From positions 1,408,001 through 1,472,000 of the forward strand of contig CBDCTK010000002.1 in NCBI GenBank assembly GCA_965222225.1: a stretch of 64,000 nt of DNA. Reading direction: 5' to 3'. Shown piece after piece: positions 18,571 through 29,036 of the stretch. Each line of letters begins with the position of its first letter. Position 1 is the first letter of the stretch. The stretch comes from Candidatus Poribacteria bacterium (GTDB taxonomy: Bacteria; Poribacteria; WGA-4E; JAJDTR01). The position numbers were made by a program, and so were the translations under genes. The notes beneath the pieces were generated by a model. It saw only the letters and a list, made by a program, of their open reading frames with translations. It was not told the DNA's origin and ran no database searches.

Positions 18571-21267
18571 TTAGCAATCATCGTTAGTGTCGTCCAGCGG
18601 CCATAGAATTGCCAACGTCTCAATAATAAACAGTGTAAACGGAGCATTTAGCTCTTCAAAATTCTGTCTCACCAGCGCCTGGCCGCGTTCGACTGCCTCG
18701 CGAATCTCATCAGTCTGTGCAATCGCGGGCGATTCTACTTCGGTATATAACTGCCGAGGCAGGTTGAGTTGATTGAGATGTTCAAGCAGTTCCCAGTCCT
18801 TCAATAAGCGGCCGTCCTCACCAAATTCGACGCCGGCAGTGATTGACTGTATAACCCCTTCTTGGCTTGTGAGTCGATTCTGAATGCGATACACAACAAT
18901 CGGATAGGGGAGTAGTTCGTAGGATAAGGATGCAACTGAGGCGTCGTATTCCTTTGCCTGGCGGAGTGCCTGATTGACCAATTTATGTCCGACCCCCAGT
19001 ACAGTTCCATGCCTTTCTTGTCTGCGCGGCGTGCGATCAAAAACCGTGCCGCTATAAGATGATCGGATGCCAAACTCGCTGCGCCAAGCTTCGGGGGTCC
19101 TGAATCTAATCCCCTGGGGCTCCGCTTCGACTCTCCTGCCATTGAGTCTTAACATGGACAGAAAGAAGGGTTGTAGGTCTGGTAAGTCAAGTGGCGGTAT
19201 CTGCGAGGAAACTTGTTGAAAATCGAATTTGTCGCAGTTCCCGACGAGGTCTTTCACAACGTCAATGACATCTTCTCCACCAAATTGTGCCGTTTTTTCG
19301 TTAAACCAATTTGAAAGTGATTCCTCCGAAATATCAGAGGCACCGGAAAACAAGTCACGGAAAATAGCAGGCGAGGTCATGCCAAGAACCAACTGAAACA
19401 GGTCTTCAGGTTCATCCATCACCTGACCGAGAGCGAGTGTGATGTCCCGGATTTTGCTGTCGAGTATATTCCAGATTCTGGATTCAATCGTGTCGGGATT
19501 CCTGAGGGAAACCACTTCAACAGTGTGGGTTTGCCCGTAACGATTTAGGCGGCCAACCCGCTGGTGCAGACGCATTGGATTCCACGGCAGATCGATGTGA
19601 ATTAGCGTATGGCACCGCTCCTGCAGGTCGATACCCTCGCCTCCCGCCTCGGTAGAGACCATGTACCGCGCCTCCCCGGCGTTAAATTTCTTGGCAGCCG
19701 ATTCGCGCGTTTCGCGAAGCGTTTTAATTCGCCCGGCGCTATCAACCACCTCATCTGCCCGATCATCACCGTTGATAAAAGTTACACAACTGTCGCCAAA
19801 CCTCTGCATTAAGGATGATAGCATTAGAGATTGTGTTGCCTTGTATTCAGTGAACAAGAGAACAGGGCGATTCGGGTATTGATTTTCAACAAGGTCGATA
19901 ATTTTCTGAATTTTCGTCTCCGTCCCAACTCTCTCTGCTGCCGCGACAAGTTCACTGACACGAGATACTTCATCCTCCATCAGACGCAAGAATTCAGAAA
20001 GTTCGGCGATTTGCTCATCTAACCTACTGACTTCGTCGAGATTTCCTTCTTGTTCAGACAATCTGTGTGCCGATATGCGCGCGTTCAATTCCTGGAGTCT
20101 GTTTCTACTCTCGACGACACGGTCCAGCCTCTTCTTCAGCGCACGCCGAATTGCCGCCACGGAACTTGATGCCAGTTTCTGCATGGTAATCAATACCAAC
20201 TTCACCAGTCGTTCGTCATCAGATGGGAGCGTTGATGCGTAGGCTTTGCCGGTAGCAATGAATTCTGTGAGCATTGTATAGAATTCGGACTCTTCGTCAG
20301 AGTAACTGTAGGTCTCTGATTTCACAATAGGTTCGTGAAAGAGTCGTCTACCTTGTAGGTCGGTGACATTTTGTTTGTTGTTGCGAATCATCGCATCGCG
20401 AAGTTTCGGCAGATGTTCGTGAAGGGACTCATGTGGATTAAACTTGTCGGGATGGAGTAGTCGCAGCAGCGACAGGAAGCCGTAGTTTTTGCCGCGGTGG
20501 GGAGTGCCTGTGAAAAAAAGCATAGATTTGACATGTTGCTCGTCAACAAGCTGTTGCACGAGCTTGTAACCCAGCGTAGCACCGGATCTTTCATCGGCGT
20601 TCAGGTGATGCGCTTCATCGACAATCAGCAGGTCCCACGGATCGCTTTCGAAAAGTCGGTCATGCCGTCCGTTATGGTCAAGTCGTAACGTGTTCAGCGA
20701 GGCGATGACTTGGTCGTTAGCCTGCCAGAACCCCCCTTGTTCGGTGTCGGATTCCGCCGCATATCTTGTAATCCGAATATCAAACATTGTCCTCAGTCGG
20801 TATTGCCACTGTTCAACAAGTGAGGCAGGAGCAAGAATGAGTAGCCGCTTCACTCGTTCTTTGGCAAGTAATGGCCACAAAACGAGTCCTGCCTCAATTG
20901 TCTTGCCAAGCCCAACATCATCAGCGATTAGCCATCTCGTTGGCCATTCTTGCAGCACTCGGCGGCAGACCCACAGTTGATGGGGCAAGAGCACGATGCG
21001 AGACGGTGAAAACACACCCCAGGCATCGTTGATTGATTGGATTGCTTCGGCTTGAATGCGCGTAACGACTTTAAGCGGGGGGTGCCATTCGCTCAGGGAG
21101 ATTGCTTGCAACGGTGTGGAAACTGTTGATAGATCGGTTTTCTCGCACGACTCGATGCCACCTTCAAATCGAATGACTACGGTTTCACCCTCGTCTATCA
21201 GGACGCTGCCTCTGCCGAATTCTGGATGTTGAACTCTATCATCTGTTGCAAATTGGCTGTCATTCAT
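18571..21267 (-). CDS. SNF2-family helicase (DrmD/BrxHII/RapA-like)
   Basis: IADDVGLGKT, DEAHH, TGTP, STEAGGEGIDLQ, QRVGRLNRYGQ; ATG 21267 overlaps the upstream stop (ATGAATGA). Confidence 0.9.
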   Translation of the reverse strand: MNDSQFATDDRVQHPEFGRGSVLIDEGETVVIRFEGGIESCEKTDLSTVSTPLQAISLSEWHPPLKVVTRIQAEAIQSINDAWGVFSPSRIVLLPHQLWVCRRVLQEWPTRWLIADDVGLGKTIEAGLVLWPLLAKERVKRLLILAPASLVEQWQYRLRTMFDIRITRYAAESDTEQGGFWQANDQVIASLNTLRLDHNGRHDRLFESDPWDLLIVDEAHHLNADERSGATLGYKLVQQLVDEQHVKSMLFFTGTPHRGKNYGFLSLLRLLHPDKFNPHESLHEHLPKLRDAMIRNNKQNVTDLQGRRLFHEPIVKSETYSYSDEESEFYTMLTEFIATGKAYASTLPSDDERLVKLVLITMQKLASSSVAAIRRALKKRLDRVVESRNRLQELNARISAHRLSEQEGNLDEVSRLDEQIAELSEFLRLMEDEVSRVSELVAAAERVGTETKIQKIIDLVENQYPNRPVLLFTEYKATQSLMLSSLMQRFGDSCVTFINGDDRADEVVDSAGRIKTLRETRESAAKKFNAGEARYMVSTEAGGEGIDLQERCHTLIHIDLPWNPMRLHQRVGRLNRYGQTHTVEVVSLRNPDTIESRIWNILDSKIRDITLALGQVMDEPEDLFQLVLGMTSPAIFRDLFSGASDISEESLSNWFNEKTAQFGGEDVIDVVKDLVGNCDKFDFQQVSSQIPPLDLPDLQPFFLSMLRLNGRRVEAEPQGIRFRTPEAWRSEFGIRSSYSGTVFDRTPRRQERHGTVLGVGHKLVNQALRQAKEYDASVASLSYELLPYPIVVYRIQNRLTSQEGVIQSITAGVEFGEDGRLLKDWELLEHLNQLNLPRQLYTEVESPAIAQTDEIREAVERGQALVRQNFEELNAPFTLFIIETLAILWPLDDTNDDC

Positions 21268-24200
21268 TATTTTCCTCGATGCCTTCGTCTTGCGAGACAT
21301 TACTACCGAAGAACCTTTGTTGTAATTTTTGATTCCCAGCAATAATGAGAAATGGAATATCAAACGCACCTTTGAAGGTTGCTTCCTGCTCTCCAAGATG
21401 TTCACACAGGAATTCATAGATGGTGACAGATTGTTTCCAACGCTGAGGCGCATCTGAATCTAACCCTTGACAGCCGATTGAATTGAGGAGTTGACTTACC
21501 CTTCCTACCGGTGCATAGCAGTGAGGACGCACATGTTCCGATGAAAGAACTCCCAAACGCATCAGTTCTCGGACCACAAAGCAGGCACCGATGCCCAGTG
21601 TTCTATCAATCGAAGGCGCATCTAAATCGGAACCCTGGGATTGGGAACTATATTGCAGTCGCGTAATGTCTGTCAACGGAAAGTCATCGTTCAACCTATC
21701 GATTTGCGAAAACGCCTCGCCATAGTCCTCAAGCCAATATGCAAACTGAACTATACTCGCAAACTGGCGCATCCAATTGAAGAATTGGATAGTCTCTCCC
21801 GGCTGGTCCAAGAAATCCACAACAATCTCCACCCACGACTGGAGATTTTTCTGTGGATCGGCAACGATTTGTAACCACCTGTTTTGACGCCAAAGCGCGA
21901 TGAAAGATCGGTGTTGTTCAGGCTTCGCCCGTCCCATGGTATGCAACGCGCCGAGCATGAACAATGTCAGCCAGTTCTCGCGTGTCTGTGAGTCTTCCCA
22001 ATCTGGCTGATTCGACAACTGCAAGCGAAAATCGCCGTACACGGATTCCTCATATCGGCTAATATGGCTGCGTTCGTCCAGTATCCACCATTCGTAGATT
22101 CTGTGCAAAACAGTGGGGTCTGGAGGGCGAGGTTCATCGGCATCATTCCCATTGGGCGGGTAGATTGGTGGAGCGATACGTCGGAGTTCACCGAGAATAA
22201 TTGATTGATCGTATCGATCGAAATGGTCAGTCAGAAGTGGAGATGTGGCAAGATTACGTAACCAGGTACCCTCGATTCTTTCCAGTATTTCTGAGGAAAC
22301 TTCACGTCTCAATTGTCCCATAAGAAGGTATTTTAACACATTGAGGCGCGCTTGTTGGTGTAACGCCTCCACTGCCCACTCTGCCATTAACTCCGGCGGT
22401 GCATTGAGCCCTGATCGACAAGCTTTGAAGAATTCCAACGCGCTGCCGGTATAATCATCAGCAAGCAATCTATTATCCGGCGCAAACGCGGCACGACGCG
22501 GTTCATCCGGATTGTCCGCGCCCTCTCCTTTAACAAGTAGGTCAGCTGCAATATGAAATACCCCGTCGCTTCCTTGAAAGCGGACATTACTAAGAAGACC
22601 GACAAGCTCATCATATTCATCTCGCTGATTCCGGTTCCCACTATTTAAATCGTTCAGAAACTCCCGTGTAATTAATGCTCCCAATCGAGACGCTTGCAAA
22701 GCATCAACGCAAACGTCGGTTCCCAATTCCCACTGGACGAGATCGCATAATTTAACCTTCTGTAAATTTACCATTTCATGTGGCAGCAAATTCATCAGAA
22801 TGGAGGCAATTTGTTCGTCGGACACGACATGCCCCGGCTTAATCTGCTGTTGGAATTGAGACCATTGGGATGCTTGACAAAAAACCGATTCATCAGTGTC
22901 GAGTACGCCGACTGTTTTGAATTTAATCTCATCTCGCTTGGTTAAAGTCTTGTAATCGCCCCATAACCCGCTAGGTACTGCTGAGCGCTGCTGGAAAAGT
23001 CTTCCCATCCCGTGATTGCTACTGTTCCATAGAATTCGGCGTATGAGTTGGCTCGCATCTCCATCATTCGTTGGCCTTTCCGGCGTTACTTTGCTAAACA
23101 GACGCCACAACGAGTGCCAGAACTCGTACCGATCGGTGTCTACGGCAAGGTCCAAATTAGCGCAGAAATCATCCCAATCCCTGTCTGCCTCATTAAAAAG
23201 TTCAATCAATGAATCCCCTATTTCCCGTCCAATACTGTCTGCAACATCCCTGTTTTTCCGTGAATCTCGCGCTAACTGCGCACGTCCGACATCCAGATCG
23301 AAGCTTCCATTGACAATGAACCCAAAATCGCATTTCTCCTTGGTGGGGACAGTTACCCAAACAGTCGGAACCGATTTTTCTAACTTCACCACACCGTGAA
23401 CATCAAGGGCAACAAGCAAAGTGGCAACAAGCAAATCGCCTTGACTTGCGCGGAAGACCACAACAGTTTGGCGTCCCCATTGACCGTCGGACATTGGCTG
23501 AAGTTCACCCACGCAGATACGCTGGGACGGACCGAGTCGCTCTTCATTCCATTCCCAAGATCTAGGCTGCCCATTCTTAATCCACTCACATCTTCTTATC
23601 TTTCTCGCAAATACCGGAATGAAGTGTACCACATCCCAAAAATCCTTAAGAAATTCTTGTACGGAACACTCCTCCGCCTGTATGGAAATAATGGTGCCCT
23701 CTTTTCCATCATTTTGGCACGCTTCAATTTGGCGCTGCAATTCCCTTAGGGGTTCACCGGTCAACTGTTTGGGGAAAAACCCGCCCATCGCCTCAAACCC
23801 CAATTGGCCGCTCGCGACACGAGGCTTGCTAGTGACTAAGAATACACTCTTGAACCCCAATCCAAATTTACCAGTGACATTGCCGGGAGACTCTGTTTTA
23901 TCTGAGTTTGAGAGGATTAACATTTTCTCTAAATCCTTGTGGAAACCCCTTGCCCGACCATCAAGGTGTGCAGACCGAAATTTGTTGATAGGGCGTCCCC
24001 AGTGTATGAAAGCAATTTTGCCGTCCTCTTGCTGAATGACAAACCGGGTCGTATCAGTGTTTTCCGAGGGAGAGTCGCCGTACATTTCAAAAAGTTCAAC
24101 GACCGCGTCATCAGCGTTTTGGAAGATTTCAAAAGGAACGCATTGAGGCGTGTATTGATACTGCCATATTTTGCGGCGTACTGCGGTTAGCAGAGAGTGT

Positions 24201-27200
24201 TGAGCCGCTTCATCGCTCTGAATCAAGTTCTGCAACTCTTGCTGTTCCAGTTGCAGCTCCTCCACGGCCCCATCCACCCTGTCTGGATCACCCGTGTGTT
24301 CAGCCTCTCTTCTTAGCCGACGCGCTTCGTCCCACTTTTGCAAAGCTGTGGAAAGGCCGTCATCCACTCTGTGCATTTCCAACTGCTGCACGTAGAAAAA
24401 AGCATGGTCCAGCAATAAGTTCTGCGCGATTTTGATATCTAGCTGCTCGCTCTGTGCCAAATCATTGAAGACTTCGTCAAGATTCTGAATTGTCTGTTTA
24501 TACACTTTGTCGAGCAACATCCCAGCGCTGTTTTTGATGAAATCAAGAAGAAGATGGCGTTGCAATCGATCCGGTTGAACCAATCGCAACCCAATCCTGT
24601 TGACCCGATAATTCATTCCGGTTTTGTAGCGAAACTGCTCGTTCGCACTTCCGACAAATAAGCTGTCAAATTCCTTTTGTTCAATGCGAGCGTGGAACGA
24701 CAAACCCAAGAGATTTGTCACCTTAACGGTTCCATCTTCAAACACCTCAACCAGAAACCGCTGTTTCTTCAGGGTTTCATGAATATTCTCATTTGCTCCC
24801 ACCGCAGATGAGTAGGGAGTAATTTCCCAATAGCGATCGAGTTGTGAACGGAACCTGTCAACTGTGCGGTTGCCAAGATACTGCTCACTCAATTCTAGCA
24901 GTCTCGGATGATTGCCTAGCAGGGAGAGAAATCCGCCAATAACCTCGTTTGGCACTGTTCCCTCCCATGCATCGAAATACTGCTCTAAACGCGCGGCGCT
25001 TTCGTTAAACTTCTGTTCTTCATTACCTTGCAGGGGTAGCAACTCATGAGATTGCGTCCTGCCACGATTTCTGGATGCTTGTACTCGGTCTATGAGAACC
25101 TCACTCTGCTTTTCGTCGAGTAAGTCGTCGGGATGGATACCTTCCGAATCCAGACAGAGCTCGGCAGGCGATTTCCAGTTTCCATCACGGCTCAGGAGTC
25201 GTATCTGCTCGAATACTTTCCTGAATTCAGTTCCTTCTGTTGCAGCATTCAGATACTGATTAAAAATGTCGTGAATTCCATCTTTATTCTTCTTGGTGGA
25301 ATTCTTCTCGTGGCGTTCCGAGATGAACTTCAGAATCTCAACAGTGCGAGGGATTGGCAATTTCTGGCAAAGCCTCGGTAATAGATGTTCACGACAAACC
25401 TTGTCGTCAAAAGTTTCCAAGACGTGGCTAATCATTGAACATGCTGACATCAGTTGTGGAGGAGCTTGGCTAAAAGTAGCAATAAACACTTTGATGTCTA
25501 ACTTCTCTGAGTCAATATCACCAATGTGATATTCTTCGGCTTCCGCCATCATCTCCCCAAGCATTTCAAGGGCGTCATCCCTAGGGGGAATTATGCGCTG
25601 AACTTTTCTCTTGTACCCAGGGTGGGCGCGAAATTCCTCTGGGAGCATTGAAACATCAACAAATGAATCGCCGAACTGGGCAACAATTCGAGCAATTTCA
25701 TCCTCCATGTCTTTCAGGTAAATCACATCTTGAGGAGGACGCCCTGCATCAATGGGTAGCCATTTCACGGCTCTTAACTTCTGATTAAGTTCGGATGCGG
25801 CAAGGATGTTTTCTCGACAGTTGAGCGCATCAAGGATTAATCTCCAGTGCTGATGCGGATTCTCCGTCTCAAGTACGATACGGATTGCGGCTTCAGCATT
25901 CAGGAATTGATTGAGCAGTCGTTCCTGTTTCCAACTAATGGGTTTTGGCAAGCGCCGAAGAATGGTTATATTTTCTTTTGGAATTTCTTCTATGGGGAAA
26001 TCATCCTGCCAGTAGGATTGTTCGGGATTGATTCGCACCGGATTTCCGTTAACGTTATCGTAGATATTTAATCTCCTAAGAACCTCTATATTGTTCATCT
26101 CCCTCAGGATTTGCTGCCGCTCGTCAATACTGAATATCGTACAATCAACGCGTTCAGGTCCTACCTCCAGAATCAGTTTAGCAATGCCGTCCGCGCCAAA
26201 CTCATGGATGCCTAACGGCTGCCAGAATTGCGGAGCTATTCTATTTCCCAACACATTGTCTATGACTCGCCATTCCTCATCCCTTGTTCGCAAAACCTGA
26301 TGGGCTATTCTTGGCCAGAGTTCCTGCCCTGTACTCGCCTCCATAAATAGCGGCAAATTGTCATCGGACGGATGGGCATGGATGAGGTATCGCACTGTTT
26401 CTTTATGCTCGGGGATGCCTTCAATCTTTGGCAATAGTGCATTAAGCAAATTGACACGCTCGCTGGGACGATTCAACGCGGGTTTCGATTGCAGGACTTG
26501 CAGGCAGGCGCCTTCATTGCACGGCGTTATGTCGTCCAAACCGAGTGTTGTAAGTGTCTCCCTCTCAGTCGGAATTAGATATACGGATTCCCGGTGCAGG
26601 GCTTGTTGAAGATACTTTGCTTGGGTTGAGGTCGATCTGCCCGTAAATAGCATGCCTTCGTGTTTCAGTTCCCTGAGTTGGCTCAAGGAAATAGAGACGT
26701 CGCTCTCGCTTCTACAGTCGTAAGCCGTGAATATCATCAGTGAGTTGCATTGTTCACAAATCTTGTCCCAATGGCTGGCTTTGATGACCTGTTGGACGAG
26801 CGTCTGTTTTGGTCTCTCAAGTTCCCTATTTTCGCCCAAAGTGGGTACAAACTCTAGAATTTTCAGAGCGTCTTTGTTACATAGACTTTCAACCAACAGT
26901 TGGTGAGGTTCCTCAGGGATTAGGTCTTCGGGAACCAAGAGTACGCGCAGTTCCAACTGGAAAAGCCTTTGAAATACTTCCCCAGATAAATTTTTGGGGA
27001 GCGGAAAACACGAGCTGTTCCCTAGAAGTGCAAGATAATTCTTGATTTCAGACCGGTTGCCTCGTAATTGTCCAAGATCGACCGTAGCGAAGGCTTGCGA
27101 AATCAACTGTTGAAGCACATCAAAGACACCAGATCTCGCATCCTCTGTACAGTCCTTCAGAAATTCCACGAGATATTTCAACATCCCTCGACTTCCAAAT

Positions 27201-28867
27201 ACGGTTTGAACTGGGACAGCATGCAGCATTTGCGCTAGTAATTCTGCGTGCCATTTGGAAGCCTCTTTTTGTGCTGTTAACCGTGGGTCGCCGTGAAATA
27301 CAATCACATGCTGGCTTGCTAGTTCCCTGAGATTCGGAAAGACTTCATTAGGGCGATTTGGAGCGCTGTTCGGCGGCGGCGGAATCTCAAGAATTTCTTC
27401 GTTTGGATTATCCAGTCGTTCCCATGCAGCACTGGAAGCATTTAATCTCCGAACCCACTGCGTGTTTCGGCAAATAAATTTACGAAACTTCCTAAAAGTA
27501 TTAGACTGTGCCAATGTTTCCGTCAGCCTACGCACCTTCTCGGCCGAGAAATTTCCTTTTTTCGCAAATCGGTTTAATGCGGGAATGACCAATGGCAATG
27601 TACCGGAAACGTACAGTTCATAGTTCCACTTTAGTCTAACATGGGTCTCGTTATTGACGGCGTCGGCGATTTCATCTTTAGGAATTTCAATGTCTGTTCG
27701 TCCCGCGTTGGGGAAGAAATACCCATGAAGCATAAGCGTAAAGTCCGATTTACCTTCACACGGTTGAGTTTCCTTTGGATCGCCGACGGGTAGAAATACC
27801 GCCTGCTGAATTCGCAGCGACCCTCTACTTTCTGCAGGTTTCTCCACAAAATAAGCAGCGCAGTGGGCATCGGCTTTCTCTTTGTTTTCTTGTTCTGCTC
27901 CGGATTCGCGATCCGTTGTGATGACTGTGGGCCAATAATTCGACTGGAGCAATCTGCAAAAGATGGGTAAATCTGCCATCATTTCAAATCCGATATACCG
28001 AACATTGATGGGCTCTGCGCAGGCTGTCACATTCATAGTACCTTGCATTGGGAGTTGTTCGCCGTGAGCAATCGTAGGAGTGTTCTGCTCAGAACCGCGA
28101 TACCGGCATCGAGTGGCTCCTTGGTCTAGATTTACTTGGAACAGCATTTCCAAGCTTCCATCCCTCCCGGTATTCCAAGCAGATACGGTCTCGAGGTTGC
28201 GCAGCAGTGGGAGGATTTCACTGATTTCAACTGCCAGATCCGATGGAAAAACTGACTCAAGCCCCTCACTCTCCTCACCTGGATAATTCTTGATGATGGA
28301 AGCCACCTTTTCGCAATGACGTTCTTGTCGGAGCGGCATCCATAAACAGAGCCAATGTGAAAAATTAGGTAATTCTAACGAACTTAAGCAGCCAATGATT
28401 GCTTGCCGCGTTTCGCGGGCGATTGATGATTTCTCATCCCATTCCCAATCCTCGTGAATTGGAGGCGTGTTGTCATACCACGGGTTCAGAATTAAAAAAG
28501 TGTCCTGCCCGGACCAGCAATAAAAAAATGCCTCACACAAGTGAAAGACGCTTTTCAAACCTAGTCCAAATTTTCCGATGGCGGCTCGATCCGACGCCTT
28601 GGCGCTAATCCCAATGCGCCTAATTCCATCTTGGTCTTTAGACGTAAATTCCCCGTCATTCACAACGAATAGCGCAGGACCAATAAGTAATGGGTGGGCA
28701 TTATCTGGAAAGCCTGGAAACCAACCGGTGTGCAGGCAAGATGCATTGGCGTCGTCTGCATTTTGCAACAACTCCTTAACAATCGGAAACCCTTCTTGAT
28801 ATCTATCACGTAGATCTCTGCGAATCTGGTCTATATCTGACAGTGGCGAATGCACAAATCCTTGCAA
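21260..28867 (-). CDS. giant protein (2535 aa) with two sacsin-type GHKL ATPase modules
   Basis: KELLQNADDA..NDG..GKFGLGLKSVF near the N-terminus; FEIFQNADDA..HWG..GKFGLGFKSVF near aa 1580; GGAGG before the TTG start. Confidence 0.88.
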   Translation of the reverse strand: MQGFVHSPLSDIDQIRRDLRDRYQEGFPIVKELLQNADDANASCLHTGWFPGFPDNAHPLLIGPALFVVNDGEFTSKDQDGIRRIGISAKASDRAAIGKFGLGLKSVFHLCEAFFYCWSGQDTFLILNPWYDNTPPIHEDWEWDEKSSIARETRQAIIGCLSSLELPNFSHWLCLWMPLRQERHCEKVASIIKNYPGEESEGLESVFPSDLAVEISEILPLLRNLETVSAWNTGRDGSLEMLFQVNLDQGATRCRYRGSEQNTPTIAHGEQLPMQGTMNVTACAEPINVRYIGFEMMADLPIFCRLLQSNYWPTVITTDRESGAEQENKEKADAHCAAYFVEKPAESRGSLRIQQAVFLPVGDPKETQPCEGKSDFTLMLHGYFFPNAGRTDIEIPKDEIADAVNNETHVRLKWNYELYVSGTLPLVIPALNRFAKKGNFSAEKVRRLTETLAQSNTFRKFRKFICRNTQWVRRLNASSAAWERLDNPNEEILEIPPPPNSAPNRPNEVFPNLRELASQHVIVFHGDPRLTAQKEASKWHAELLAQMLHAVPVQTVFGSRGMLKYLVEFLKDCTEDARSGVFDVLQQLISQAFATVDLGQLRGNRSEIKNYLALLGNSSCFPLPKNLSGEVFQRLFQLELRVLLVPEDLIPEEPHQLLVESLCNKDALKILEFVPTLGENRELERPKQTLVQQVIKASHWDKICEQCNSLMIFTAYDCRSESDVSISLSQLRELKHEGMLFTGRSTSTQAKYLQQALHRESVYLIPTERETLTTLGLDDITPCNEGACLQVLQSKPALNRPSERVNLLNALLPKIEGIPEHKETVRYLIHAHPSDDNLPLFMEASTGQELWPRIAHQVLRTRDEEWRVIDNVLGNRIAPQFWQPLGIHEFGADGIAKLILEVGPERVDCTIFSIDERQQILREMNNIEVLRRLNIYDNVNGNPVRINPEQSYWQDDFPIEEIPKENITILRRLPKPISWKQERLLNQFLNAEAAIRIVLETENPHQHWRLILDALNCRENILAASELNQKLRAVKWLPIDAGRPPQDVIYLKDMEDEIARIVAQFGDSFVDVSMLPEEFRAHPGYKRKVQRIIPPRDDALEMLGEMMAEAEEYHIGDIDSEKLDIKVFIATFSQAPPQLMSACSMISHVLETFDDKVCREHLLPRLCQKLPIPRTVEILKFISERHEKNSTKKNKDGIHDIFNQYLNAATEGTEFRKVFEQIRLLSRDGNWKSPAELCLDSEGIHPDDLLDEKQSEVLIDRVQASRNRGRTQSHELLPLQGNEEQKFNESAARLEQYFDAWEGTVPNEVIGGFLSLLGNHPRLLELSEQYLGNRTVDRFRSQLDRYWEITPYSSAVGANENIHETLKKQRFLVEVFEDGTVKVTNLLGLSFHARIEQKEFDSLFVGSANEQFRYKTGMNYRVNRIGLRLVQPDRLQRHLLLDFIKNSAGMLLDKVYKQTIQNLDEVFNDLAQSEQLDIKIAQNLLLDHAFFYVQQLEMHRVDDGLSTALQKWDEARRLRREAEHTGDPDRVDGAVEELQLEQQELQNLIQSDEAAQHSLLTAVRRKIWQYQYTPQCVPFEIFQNADDAVVELFEMYGDSPSENTDTTRFVIQQEDGKIAFIHWGRPINKFRSAHLDGRARGFHKDLEKMLILSNSDKTESPGNVTGKFGLGFKSVFLVTSKPRVASGQLGFEAMGGFFPKQLTGEPLRELQRQIEACQNDGKEGTIISIQAEECSVQEFLKDFWDVVHFIPVFARKIRRCEWIKNGQPRSWEWNEERLGPSQRICVGELQPMSDGQWGRQTVVVFRASQGDLLVATLLVALDVHGVVKLEKSVPTVWVTVPTKEKCDFGFIVNGSFDLDVGRAQLARDSRKNRDVADSIGREIGDSLIELFNEADRDWDDFCANLDLAVDTDRYEFWHSLWRLFSKVTPERPTNDGDASQLIRRILWNSSNHGMGRLFQQRSAVPSGLWGDYKTLTKRDEIKFKTVGVLDTDESVFCQASQWSQFQQQIKPGHVVSDEQIASILMNLLPHEMVNLQKVKLCDLVQWELGTDVCVDALQASRLGALITREFLNDLNSGNRNQRDEYDELVGLLSNVRFQGSDGVFHIAADLLVKGEGADNPDEPRRAAFAPDNRLLADDYTGSALEFFKACRSGLNAPPELMAEWAVEALHQQARLNVLKYLLMGQLRREVSSEILERIEGTWLRNLATSPLLTDHFDRYDQSIILGELRRIAPPIYPPNGNDADEPRPPDPTVLHRIYEWWILDERSHISRYEESVYGDFRLQLSNQPDWEDSQTRENWLTLFMLGALHTMGRAKPEQHRSFIALWRQNRWLQIVADPQKNLQSWVEIVVDFLDQPGETIQFFNWMRQFASIVQFAYWLEDYGEAFSQIDRLNDDFPLTDITRLQYSSQSQGSDLDAPSIDRTLGIGACFVVRELMRLGVLSSEHVRPHCYAPVGRVSQLLNSIGCQGLDSDAPQRWKQSVTIYEFLCEHLGEQEATFKGAFDIPFLIIAGNQKLQQRFFGSNVSQDEGIEENNE

Positions 28868-29036
28868 GAGTTATTCCTCCTCATCGAACGATGAAATACC
28901 GACCGAATTGAAACTCGAGTCTCAAATCAATACTAACTGGAGCTTAACTTCACTACGAGCAATGACCCATGGTGCTCTTCCTTTCGTGGCGAATTCAGAA
29001 CAGAATCATGCCAGTCCGCATACATGTTCATTCCAT

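Noticed and set aside
21268-21453. N-terminal 62 aa of the 960-aa helicase ORF
   Set aside because: Overlaps the sacsin gene; the coupled ATG at 21267 with GAGG RBS is more plausible
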